A DNA stretch of 63,939 nucleotides, counting the filler, from Octopus bimaculoides (Eukaryota), in the NCBI RefSeq assembly GCF_001194135.2. It is 5 parts of 4 records of this genome, joined end to end, with 100 filler letters (N's around TTAATTAATTAA, not from the genome) between each part and the next. Parts side by side here need not be neighbours in the genome. Positions count along the whole stretch, not along the records: positions 1 to 31,641 come from NC_069003.1; 4 more parts are not named here. One strand, given 5' to 3'. The position numbers were made by a program, and so were the translations under genes. This document shows positions 1 through 10,650 of this stretch, piece after piece (position 1 is the stretch's first letter; every line of letters starts with the position of its first letter). The notes beneath the pieces are model-generated. The model worked only from the letters and a program-made list of their open reading frames with translations. It did no database searches and was not told the DNA's origin.

Positions 1-80
1 ATATGTATATATATATATATTATCAACACACGCATACGCATACACACGCACATACACACATACACACACTCACAATGCTG

Positions 81-484
81 CTCTCTAAATCTTAGCTACA
101 GAAACAAAGAATTATTTAAAAGACTAAATAATTTTTCCAAAACGCCATTTTCCGTTTACATAATTCTTCAATTGAAAATGGAATCCTGTAAACTTCGAAG
201 AGAATTGTTTAACGAAGAAAAAAAAAGTGATTATTCACACAAAGTGGTATTGCTGATGAGAATAAATATAAGAAAAATTTGAAATTGTATGCATAAACTA
301 TACAAATAAAAAGTAAAGAACAACCATAATAACTTTTTTTTCGTTTCTGTAGATTTTATATATTTCCTTTTATGTTTGTTATTTAGTAGCTGTTGATACA
401 AAATTAGGATTGATCCTCAGTTAATGTATATCTTTCCATCTAAATATACTTGAATATCTGCAACCTATTTGTGATATATAATTA
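81..484 (+). repeat. Unclassified ~400-bp interspersed repeat (family G), copy 1
   Basis: Aligns by eye along its length to the reverse complement of 3113-3503 (shared blocks such as gaaaatggaatcc, cacacaaagtggtattgctgatgagaat, gatacaaaattaggattgat). Confidence 0.75.
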
Positions 485-1276
485 AATACAAATAAAACTC
501 AAGAGATATGGCACACTTGAACTAACCCATGAAATCGGACCGGAATTATTTCAAATCTGGTGTTGATGATTTTATCAGTTATAACAGTATTCCCACGATC
601 ATTTGTCGCCTATTGTAAAACGCGCGAACAACACCCCCACATTACTATAATTTTGCTCAAAAGATGAGACCAAGAAAGTCTTGAAACGTCTGTGGACTTG
701 GGAATCTTATTGTTCCAAAAAGAGAAAATAAAAGAGAACTAATAAAGAAATATGGAAAGGAAATCATAAATAAAACATGAAACTCAAACAAGGTCATAAG
801 GTTAGCCATCCGCAAATATATGAAGGTTCGTGACTTAGTGGTNNNNNNNNNNNNNNNNNNNNNNNNNNNNNNNNNNNNNNNNNNNNNNNNNNNNNNNNNN
901 NNNNNNNNNNNNNNNNNNNNNNNNNNNNNNNNNNNNNNNNNNNNNNNNNNNNNNNNNNNNNNNNNNNNNNNNNNNNNNNNNNNNNNNNNNNNNNNNNNNN
1001 NNNNNNNNNNNNNNNNNNNNNNNNNNNNNNNNNNNNNNNNNNNNNNNNNNNNNNNNNNNNNNNNNNNNNNNNNNNNNNNNNNNNNNNNNNNNNNNNNNNN
1101 NNNNNNNNNNNNNNNNNNNNNNNNNNNNNNNNNNNNNNNNNNNNNNNNNNNNNNNNNNNNNNNNNNNNNNNNNNNNNNNNNNNNNNNNNNNNNNNNNNNN
1201 NNNNNNNNNNNNNNNNNNNNNNNNNNNNNNNNNNNNNNNNNNNNNNNNNTATATATATATATACACATATATATAT

Positions 1277-1309
1277 AGTATAGTCGTCACTTTAAACGAC
1301 GACTATACT
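1277..1309. other. Perfect 12-bp stem-loop next to a (TA)n tract
   Basis: agtatagtcgtc / 9-nt loop / gacgactatact. Confidence 0.85.
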
Positions 1310-1628
1310 TGTTGCCTTTCGGTTGTAAACTGCGAACAGCCACCTTACTAATTTTAATATATATATATTTATCGCAAAATACAGAACACGCCTAAATATG
1401 AACGCATAACCAACTTTTGTCTCAATATATATATTAGTTCATGTTCACATATACATCACTATAAATATTTCATCTCACTACTTTAGCTTTTGAGTTTTTG
1501 TATATCTATTTACCCCCTCCCCGCAAAATGAGCAATTACCTCCACTGTCCCAAATAATAACGATCACAAATTACCTCCACTTAGATTTTACTACCTGTTG
1601 ATTCATTTCATTCACAAACTCCCATACA

Positions 1629-1835
1629 CAACATGGACTAAAATCTTCTTAAGAAAATACGAAATTACAATAATATTAATGTCATGATTGGCGAAAGCGA
1701 AACCGGTTGGCAAACACAATACTATTTCACTTATAAAATATATTTAAAAATTTATTAAAACTATGTAAACTGTGTGCATTTTCCTTCTTTTACTTTACAT
1801 ATATATTTTTTGCATTACAACTCACCACATGGGGA
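1629..1835 (+). repeat. Unclassified repeat (family F), copy 1
   Basis: 1766-1835 matches 16852-16914 in the same orientation; 1629-1708 matches 16696-16784 in reverse orientation. Confidence 0.65.
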
Positions 1836-1871
1836 TAATCTCCTCTCCCCCTTTTTCATACCATATATATA

Positions 1872-1918
<47 letters not shown>

Positions 1919-2588
1919 NNNNNNNNNNNNNNNNNNNNNNNNNNNNNNNNNNNNNNNNNNNNNNNNNNNNNNNNNNNNNNNNNNNNNNNNNNNNNNNNNN
2001 NNNNNNNNNNNNNNNNNNNNNNNNNNNNNNNNNNNNNNNNNNNNNNNNNNNNNNNNNNNNNNNNNNNNNNNNNNNNNNNNNNNNNNNNNNNNNNNNNNNN
2101 NNNNNNNNNNNNNNNNNNNNNNNNNNNNNNNNNNNNNNNNNNNNNNNNNNNNNNNNNNNNNNNNNNNNNNNNNNNNNNNNNNNNNNNNNNNNNNNNNNNN
2201 NNNNNNNNNNNNNNNNNNNNNNNNNNNNNNNNNNNNNNNNNNNNNNNNNNNNNNNNNNNNNNNNNNNNNNNNNNNNNNNNNNNNNNNNNNNNNNNNNNNN
2301 NNNNNNNNNNNNNNNNNNNNNNNNNNNNNNNNNNNNNNNNNNNNNNNNNNNNNNNNNNNNNNNNNNNNNNNNNNNNNNNNNNNNNNNNNNNNNNNNNNNN
2401 NNNNNNNNNNNNNNNNNNNNNNNNNNNNNNNNNNNNNNNNNNNNNNNNNNNNNNNNNNNNNNNNNNNNNNNNNNNNNNNNNNNNNNNNNNNNNNNNNNNN
2501 NNNNNNNNNNNNNNNNNNNNNNNNNNNNNNNNNNNNNNNNNNNNNNNNNNNNNNNNNNNNNNNNNATATATATATATATATATACACG

Positions 2589-2627
<39 letters not shown>

Positions 2628-2631
2628 ATAG

Positions 2632-3083
2632 TACACTTACCTTCACTTCTTGGGTCAGTTGCCGAATAGTTATGCGGTGTTCCTCCAAAATGGCGGCTTC
2701 CATTTTATGGACGGTGTCGTAATCAATGGTGGAATGTGGTTGTCCAGGAATAGGAGCAGTTTCCACCGATACTGAACTGGCGGTGTCAGTGCTTGACTAC
2801 ATCGTATGATGGTGCATCGTCACCATTAACTTTCATCTTATTGAAAGTCTCTTTTGGTGTACAACCTTTCAAGTATAAGAACCAGATCACTGATCTACAT
2901 TCAATTGCCTCCTTTATAACACCTCAGTCCACTTCAGCAGCCGTAAAAGACAAACGAACACTAGTGGAAAGCTGCAATTTACAATGTGACATGTAGAGAC
3001 ATATATAATTATACCTGTACAAGTTCCGATTCCTGCAATAACCGGAAGTGGGCCAGGGGAAATCTTTAATGAACACCCCCTCG
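2632..3083 (-). mobile_element. Mariner transposon, 5' half (TIR plus degenerate N-terminal transposase), truncated at a microsatellite
   Basis: Minus strand starts TA-CGAGGGGGTGTTCA (mariner-type TIR). Translation EAIECRSVIWFLYLKGCTPKETFNKMK..GDDAPSYDVVKH*HRQF..METAPIPGQP..KMEAAILEEHRITIRQLTQEVKVS fits the mariner HTH region. Confidence 0.85.
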
Positions 3084-3112
3084 TATGTGTTTGTGCTGAC
3101 CCCATGACCATA

Positions 3113-3503
3113 TAATTATAAACAAATAGCTTGCAGATATCCAGGTATGTCTAGAAGGAAAGATATACATTAAACTCAAAATCTGAGAATCAATCCTAAT
3201 TTTGTATCAACACTAACTACTAAATAACGAACATAAAAACATATATAAAAACTATTGTTGTTTTGTTTTTTGTTTTTATTTGTACAATTTAAATATACAA
3301 TTTTAATTTTTCTTGTATTCATTCTCATCAGCAATACCACTTTGTGTGAATAATCATTTTTTCTCTTCATTAAACAATTCTCTTCGAGGTTTACGGGATT
3401 CCATTTTCAATGGAAGGATTGAGTAAATAAAAAATGGAGCTTTGGAAAAATAAAAATAGTTGGGCTTTTAAATAATTCTTCGTTTCGTTACTGATTTTTA
3501 GAG
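3113..3503 (-). repeat. Family G repeat, copy 2 (inverted relative to copy 1)
   Basis: Reverse-complement match to 81-484; a further short fragment lies near 3762-3800. Confidence 0.75.
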
Positions 3504-3563
3504 ATCAATCTTGTATGTGTGTGTGAGAGAGAGAGAAAGACATGATATATATATATACGTTCA

Positions 3564-3641
<78 letters not shown>

Positions 3642-4039
3642 TGTATACGTTTATACATAACGTTTATATATATGTCTGCACGCATATATACATGTACACA
3701 CACACGCACACACATACACACACATATGTATAGTTGCTGTCAAAAATTATTGACGTAATTAAAATTATTTAAAAGCCCAAATTTTCTTTCAAAAATCCAT
3801 TTTGTATTTAAATAAAACATGCGACATTTGTTATTTGAAATTTCGATATACATTTTAGAATCAATGTCTGTTCAATTATATACATATGTATATCAGTTTG
3901 AAGCATTGATTTCGATCTATTGATTTCTGCTAATGGTTTTATTTTTTCTGTTTAGTTGAGTATGTCAAAGCAAGGAAACAGCTTTTATTGTGGGATTTCA
4001 AAATGAAACGTAAGCCAGCGTCCAATGTTTGCGATATCA

Positions 4040-4490
4040 AAGCATGCTCGAGGTGAAACATTAAAACAATTTTCCAAATCGAAGAGGAATAAAAAAAATC
4101 TATGATCACGGTTTGTTGACTGGCAAGCAGAATCATCCACGATTATTTCTTGAATTTTTCATCAAAGAGCTATTAACAGAAAATCAACAAAGTACATAAA
4201 AAAATGTAACATTTACGTTCAGTATTGGTCAATCACAAAGTAACAGTTCTTCTCCATGGAATCACTCAGTCATAAATGTGATTTTTTGCTGAAATTTATT
4301 GAACTAGGTTACTTCAGATTTACTCTCTACATTCTTTTCAGTCACCAAGTGTTTAAAGAATTTCAATAACTGGTTGGAAAAGGTCTTGAAAAATTAAACA
4401 GCGACTGAAAGTGACTTCGCAGAATTCTTTGGTCCACTAATGTTATACTACTAGAATAAACTTGTTCCTTATTGGTAAAAATGGGCCAAA
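4040..4490 (+). mobile_element. Highly degenerate mariner transposase, catalytic/C-terminal part
   Basis: Frameshifted translation KSMITVC*..IIHDYFLN..QKINKVHKKM..LVNHKVTVLLHG..LKFIELGY..FNNWLEKV..EFFG..NKLVPYW*K resembles the mariner KKVMVTVWW..PILLHDNARPH..ELGY..INKLVSRWQKC pattern. Confidence 0.6.
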
Positions 4491-4758
4491 ATTTTAATGT
4501 TTATTTATTAGCAATTAAATGAATAAAATATAGAAATACATATTTCTCTTTGAGTTTAATCTTAGCTCTTGAGAGAGTTCAAGCTTGTCGCTAACAAAGC
4601 GACAAGATTTTTAAAGTTAACAGAGTTCTCGGTGTTTGTAAATATGTGGTTGAGTTGGTGTGTTGGTTGAATAGTGATGCATAGACGTAAGTGTGTGCAT
4701 CTATTCACGTAAGAATCTCAGAGAATCTGTAGAATGTTGCTTAGAAAGAAATAGTATC

Positions 4759-4788
<30 letters not shown>

Positions 4789-4789
<1 letters not shown>

Positions 4790-4892
4790 GTTTCAAATTT
4801 TGGCACAAGGCCAGCAATTTTGGGATTGGACTCAGAACATAAAGACGGACGAAATGCCGTTAAGATTTTTGTCTTGTGTGCTAACGATTCTA
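4789..4892 (-). mobile_element. SINE B, internally deleted copy with (ATT)n tail
   Basis: Tail ggtttcaaattttggcacaaggccagcaattt is fused to the head (gaactcagaac..gctaacgattc); adjoins (AAT)n at 4759-4788. Confidence 0.6.
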
Positions 4893-6378
4893 CTATGTTT
4901 GTAACTGATGTTTGTAAAAACTTTGTGTCGTGTATTTTATTGCTGAAGTAACTTTGAGCTGAAGAGAGTTGGAGGGTCACGTCCTTGTCCCGTTCACTGC
5001 AAGGAGTCAATCTCAGTAACGCCATCCCCCCCGCCAAACTGACGTTTGCAATTAATTTTTAGAAAAAAAACTACAGATAACGCCGAACATTGAGAAGTAC
5101 GGAGTAGAGGTGGGTGAGAGAATATGGAAAAGGGAATTAGGAGGATGGAATGGTGAAAGAATTTTATTTTGCCTTTACCAAAGAGAATCTTTTTCCTCTC
5201 GATAAAAACTATTTCGAAATTATTAATGTCAATAACCACAAAATCCCACCACCGCCATCATCCTTAACCATGGTAAAACGACATTAATGTGTCCAGAGGC
5301 AGCATTACCAACAACAAAAACAACAGCACAACGAACAGTTATAACATCAACGATGCAAGTTTCTTTTTTATCCAGAGCTTTTGATCCATTTAGTTTTTAC
5401 TCTGGTAAAATCCCTACTGCCAGCTCTTTTAAGGTGCTGGCCGTGGAATGGTTTTTTTCTCCCTCTCTACTTTTTTTTTTGTTTAGCAAATTTTGGAATT
5501 TCATTTCGATTTTGATTTCCTTTTCTTTTAATCTTTTCAGCTGTTTTCATCATCATCAAATGTCTTCTACTCTCAATATTTTCAGTACCATCGATCATCT
5601 ACCCTGTCATTTTGCTCTATCCTTATTCCATCCTATTCACTGAATTTTAAGTTGGTCCAATTCTTGATGTTGTCCATTCACACATTTCTTGGTTTTCCTA
5701 TTTCTCTTTTTCCTTTTGTTACACCTTCTATTAATAGTCTCACTGTAAGCCATTTTTTCCCCCTAATTAGGTGATGAAAATATTTTAGTTTCTTGTCTTT
5801 GATGGTATCTAAGAGAATGTTCTTAGTTTTTACCATTTTCAAGTATTGATTAAAAATATCCATGGCATTCTCTGCCCATGATGATATTCTCAAAAGCCTT
5901 CTATATTTCTAACTTTTCGGACGCTGTCATCTATTTCATGATACTTTTGTTAATGTCCATCTTTCAACTCTCTATATAGTAGAGTGGACTATATATAACA
6001 TTTTAATCATCTATTTTTGGCTTCGATATTAATGACTTTCTTGCTATCTCAATCCTTTTCATTTCTCTTTCACATTTACCATTTTCTCATTCCTTATATT
6101 ATCTTTGCTATATTATCTTTTGTCTCTCTTTCATTCATTTGTCCCTCAGTTGTAATATTTATTTTCACAGACTGTTGTTTCTTGTTGATTACCATTCCTT
6201 TTATTTTCATTACATTCATTTCCATTCCACTGGACCTTACACTGTCATTCACTTGACATTACATGCTTCTATAGGTTGTCTTTAGATATTGTGCACACAT
6301 CTTAAGCTGTTGGTGTTCATAACCTCATAGTAATACTAGCGGCATGTTTTCTACTTGTCTGAATATATCTGCGTATAG

Positions 6379-6610
6379 CAGTGGTTCTCAATCGTAGTTC
6401 ACATGATCCTTGGGGGTCCATGTAAAACTTTGTTTTCAAAATTTATATTCAGGAGTGGCTGTGTGGTAAGTAGCTTGCTTACCAACTACATGGTTCCGGG
6501 TTCAGTCCCACTGCGTAGCATATTGGGCGAGTGTCTTCTACTATAGCCTCGGGCCGACCAAAGCCTTGTAAGTGGATTTGGTAGACGGAAACTGAAAGAA
6601 GCCCGTCGTA

Positions 6611-6701
<91 letters not shown>

Positions 6702-7058
6702 TTGTGTGTCTGTGTTTGTCCCCCTCCCATCATCACTTGACAACCGATGCTGGTGTGTTTACGTCCCCGTAACTTAGCGGTTCGGCAAACGAATTCGATA
6801 GAATAAGTACTAGGCTTCCAAAGAATAAGTTCTGGGGCCGATTTGCTCGACTAAAGGCGGTGCTCCAGCATGGCCTCAGTCAAATGACTGAAACAAGTAA
6901 AAGAGTAAAAGAGTGATAAATTACTTATACTTCTATAATATAGAAAATATTTTAACAATTTTTTTTCACTACAAATCCTTACAATATTTAATTGTAAAAA
7001 TATAACAGGATTTTTTAGACATCAGGGTCCATCAAAATAACATATTGGTTAAATAGGC
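6379..7058 (+). mobile_element. hAT-type (Charlie-like) MITE remnant split by SINE C
   Basis: Left end CAGTGGTTCTCAA is a typical hAT TIR; gggtccat motifs occur on both sides of the SINE; the right TIR is only degenerate (tggttaaataggc). Confidence 0.5.
6451..6913 (+). mobile_element. SINE C, full length (tRNA-like head, CORE-like segment, internal (TA)n, gagtaaaa tail)
   Basis: Head tggctgtgtggtaag with B-box-like gggttcagtccc; other copies at 31781, 45729, 58373; internal microsatellite 6609-6690. Confidence 0.9.
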
Positions 7059-8037
7059 AAGAGGACAGTACATAACTTTGCTTCATTTATAATTCCTTAC
7101 TTTTAAATTCTGAGGTTTCCTTCATTTAGTTCTCATGAAAACTGTTGACACTCAATAGATTTTTGTTATTAATTGCCAGTATGGACACTGCTTCGTTATG
7201 CTACCACAATATACTACAAAGTATTTTTGTTATTATCCAGAGATCTTCATCGTAGATCTCAACTTCCAATCGACATTTAATCAACTTTGCATGTCTTTAC
7301 TCTGTCAGTATTATTGATTTTATTCAAAACTATTTCCCTACAGGAGTCGTTGGTTACGTATTCACCCAGGAGTGAAACCACTTTGTAGCTAACTTTTTCT
7401 TTTATGATTCGATTTTTTCGATATTTTAGTCACATGACTCATTAACATTATGGTTTCAGTCTTCAGGCTCTGGTTTCTTTGACAATGGCACAAAGATAGA
7501 TTGCTTTTATCTCAGCCGATATGTGTCCATTCTGTTATTAGATCTACAATGTAGTTATCAAATGCTTTTAATGCATCTGCTCCATTTGCCTTTCTGTCTT
7601 TCGTTGACTTCATTGCTTTTTCTACTTTTTTTAAGAGTTTATTTCCATTAGCAGCTTCGGCGTTAGGCATAGGTGATTTGTTCTTATCATCATTATGCAT
7701 TCAACCTATTATCATTCTATTTACTCATGCACTTCTTGATGTGTACTCATTTATTTCATTAGACACTTTTTCAGACTTATGTTGGTTATTAAGATTTTCA
7801 ATTTCTAGGCATCGATCATTCCAAACCTTTAGTTTTTGTTTTGTTGCATTCAGAACCAATCTCTTCATTTAAGGTTTTCTATTTATTACCATCTTTATTC
7901 TTGTATTTTTTCTTTCCATTTTTGATAGAATTTCCTCAGTCATCTGTTTTTCCTCTTTCCCATTTCAATGTTTTCATTAGAAATGTTTACAACAAAGCTT
8001 TGTCTTCCATTTTCTTCTAGTTGGTCTTCATTAAATG

Positions 8038-8038
8038 G

Positions 8039-8082
<44 letters not shown>

Positions 8083-8166
8083 CTTCTTCTTCTTCTTCTT
8101 CTTCTTCTTCTTCTTCTTCTTCTTCTTCTTCTTCTTCTTCTTCTTCTTCTTCTTCTTCTTCTTCTT
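8038..8166. repeat. Compound (GTT)n(CTT)n microsatellite
   Basis: About 15 GTT units followed by about 28 CTT units. Confidence 0.95.
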
Positions 8167-8730
8167 CCCCTCCTTCATCTCCGTTTTCTTCTTGATTGTG
8201 TAAATATTCAAATTTGTATCATATTTCCAAATAACACTTCTGTTTGTATATCGTCTGTTTTAGCAACTTCAATTGTTCACATCTTCTGGGTATTTTCATT
8301 TTCTTAAGCTTGCTTTGTAATTTAATCATCTCTGAATTATATCTGAATTGATATCTGTTCCAGAGGACCAGACTATGTTTTTGTAAATTTTTAAATTGTT
8401 GGTTCATATATAGTATAATATAGTACACCTAATTTGGTTCATATCTAATATAGTTACTTCATATATAGTATAACAGTGTACTTCATTTGGTTTATATATG
8501 ATATATAGTATATATAGTTGGTTAATAAATATTATAATATTGTCGGTATATATATAAAACATTTTCTACTTGATCTTTTTATGTTACCTCCCCTATGTGA
8601 ATTTTCTTGGTGGTTGTTGGACTAGAGTGTTAGTGACTACTAAAGTATGTCTGACAAAACGAGATCATTCTGTTAATACATTTATTTCTTTCACTTAATC
8701 CATATTATTCCAGTGACCTGAATAATAATA

Positions 8731-8782
<52 letters not shown>

Positions 8783-8814
8783 TATTAATAATATCGAATG
8801 ATAAATTTCCCCAA

Positions 8815-8895
8815 GACACCTGATGAAGACTAGAGGGCATATCAACCGAAACAAACAAAATGAGGACAAATATCCGTCAAATGTAAATAATATAA
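8815..8895 (+). mobile_element. Penelope-like terminal fragment with decayed hammerhead core
   Basis: CTGATGA at 8820-8826 and GAAAC at 8848-8852; stem II is mismatched and stem III/cleavage site is absent. Confidence 0.45.
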
Positions 8896-8955
8896 ATATA
8901 GAACTGGAATATGAAATTTAATACATCAAAATTTCAGATTCTTCTTTACATTATA

Positions 8956-8989
<34 letters not shown>

Positions 8990-9142
8990 NNNNNNNNNNN
9001 NNNNNNNNNNNNNNNNNNNNNNNNNNNNNNNNNNNNNNNNNNNNNNNNNNNNNNNNNNNNNNNNNNNNNNNNNNNNNNNNNNNNNNNNNNNNNNNNNNNN
9101 NNNNNNNNNNNNNNNNNNNNNNNNNNNNNNNNNNNNNNNNNN

Positions 9143-9182
<40 letters not shown>

Positions 9183-9669
9183 TAAAAAAAATTTCGTAAT
9201 GTAATAAGTATGTACTAAGATTGTACTAAAGCTCCGTATTGAACAGCTGAAACAGAGGTTGAAGCTGTCTATCATTGAACTGGTTGAAAAGAGAGATAAA
9301 CAAGTAAAACATGATGTATCACTTTAGGGCATGTAATTTATAATTCAAACATAGTAGTTAGAGTAAATAAGGGATTAAAAAATAATATGTAAAGTTTTTA
9401 AAGTTGTTTCTAGAATATCTGAGCATGTGGACCGTATATCATTGAGCAACGATTTCCCTATAAGCCAACTATACCGTCTTTAGAGGGAAAGAATTAAGGA
9501 ATATCTTTAATAAAGAATATTAGTAGTTACCAGTTCATCGAAGAATTAAAGAACATACTTAGTGAAGGATAATAGTGGTTAGCACATTTATGATCAGAGA
9601 ATTAAGGAAATCTTTAGTAAAAGAATATCCTAAAGAATATCCTTAGTAAAAGATAAAAGAATTTACTAG

Positions 9670-10525
9670 TTCCATCGTCCAAGAGAAAGTCAACAGACAT
9701 CACGGGAAGCTGTAAATCTTATAAAAGAACTTGCCGGAAAATGTGGAGCAGAAACAAGTCAGCAGCTTAAACGACGAGTAATTCCTATCTATGGTGTTGT
9801 TGGCACTCCGTCGCTTACGACGTTGAGGGTTCCAGTTGATCCAATCAACGGAACAACCTGCTCGCGAAATTAACGTGCAAGTGGCTGAGTACTCCACAGA
9901 CATGTGTACCCTTAACATAGTTCTTGGGGATATTCAGCGTGACACAGTGTGACAAGGCTGACCCTTTGAATTACAGGCACAACAGAAACAGGAAGTAAGA
10001 GTGAGAGAAAGTTGTGGTGGAAGAGTACAGCAGGGCTCGCCACCATCCCTTGCCGGAGCCTCGTGGAACTTTTTTAGGTGTTTTCGCTCAATAAACACTC
10101 ACAACGCCCGGTCTGGGAATCGAAACCGCGATCCTATGACCGCGAGTCCGCTGCCCTAACCACTGGGCCATTGCGCCTCCACAATTCCTATCTAATACCA
10201 TTCAAAATGAAATTCTAGAGGCATGTGTTCATAACACCCTATACAAGATGAGAAAACTTGTTGAAGATTCCCTGTTTATTGGTGTTATATGTGATTTCTC
10301 TGGCATGGAATAAAAATCAGTTATTATTGTTATGTTTCTGAAAACCAGGATGTCCATCCACGAAGATTTTCTCAGCTTATTTTTTAACCCTCCTGACTAC
10401 ACTTCGGAGACATTGACTAAGGTTATTCTGGATATTTTTTGTTGCCTAAACACTTCGCTGGGCTCAAGATGATGCTGCTTTTGCCCTTGATGGTGCATGT
10501 ATCATGAGCGGAAACTTCAAGGTCC
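9670..10525 (+). pseudogene. hAT-superfamily (ZMYM1/DUF4371-like) transposase remnant interrupted by SINE A
   Basis: With the SINE removed: ..NLIKELAGK..QQLKRR..NSYL..IQNEILEAC..DSLFIGVICD..IHEDFLS..SETLTKVILD..DGACIMSG, matching the hAT YxSxxIQNE..SIxxDE..E.FL..YDGAxxMSG pattern. Confidence 0.6.
9796..10182 (-). mobile_element. SINE A, full length, 12-bp TSD
   Basis: tRNA-like head with A box TGGCCCAGTGG and B box GTTTCGATTCC; (CAA) tail; TSD aattcctatcta at 9780-9791 and 10183-10194. Confidence 0.92.
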
Positions 10526-10562
10526 ACTTTGCCTTTCATTCTTTAGGGGTTGCCAGGTGAGC

Positions 10563-10650
10563 ACTGGGATCGATGTAATCGACTGTACTTCACCCCACCT
10601 CCCAAATTTCAAACCTTGTGCTTATAACAGAAAGTATTATTGCTGTTACG
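10563..10650 (+). mobile_element. SINE B 3' fragment
   Basis: gagcactgggatcgatgtaatcgact..cccaaatttcaaaccttgtgcttataacagaaag matches other B tails. Confidence 0.6.

Larger units (their letters stand above)
5549..8400 (-). mobile_element. Degenerate RTE-clade LINE (end of endonuclease, RT start, C-terminus), interrupted by a MITE, a SINE and a trinucleotide tract
   Basis: Collinear minus-strand motifs: SGTDINSD (~8350); VEKAMKSTKDRKANGADALK (7512-7700); SIFVPLSKKP and MSHVTK (~7450); LKCYI*STLLYR (~5990); KKLKYFHHLIRG..LLIEG..GKREIGKPR (5678-5893); short (GAT)n tail at 5549. Confidence 0.7.

Noticed and set aside
81-3503. Family G arms as TIRs of the enclosed mariner
   Set aside because: The mariner has its own TA-flanked TIR at 3083, inside the right arm.
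9488-9660. Three loose ~55-bp repeats (gaattaaggaa..tagt..aagaatat)
   Set aside because: Low-complexity, AT-rich and too degenerate to interpret.
10100-10182. tRNA genes at SINE heads (also 18027, 23339, 61511)
   Set aside because: A and B boxes are present but there is no complete cloverleaf; they continue into SINE bodies with tails and TSDs.
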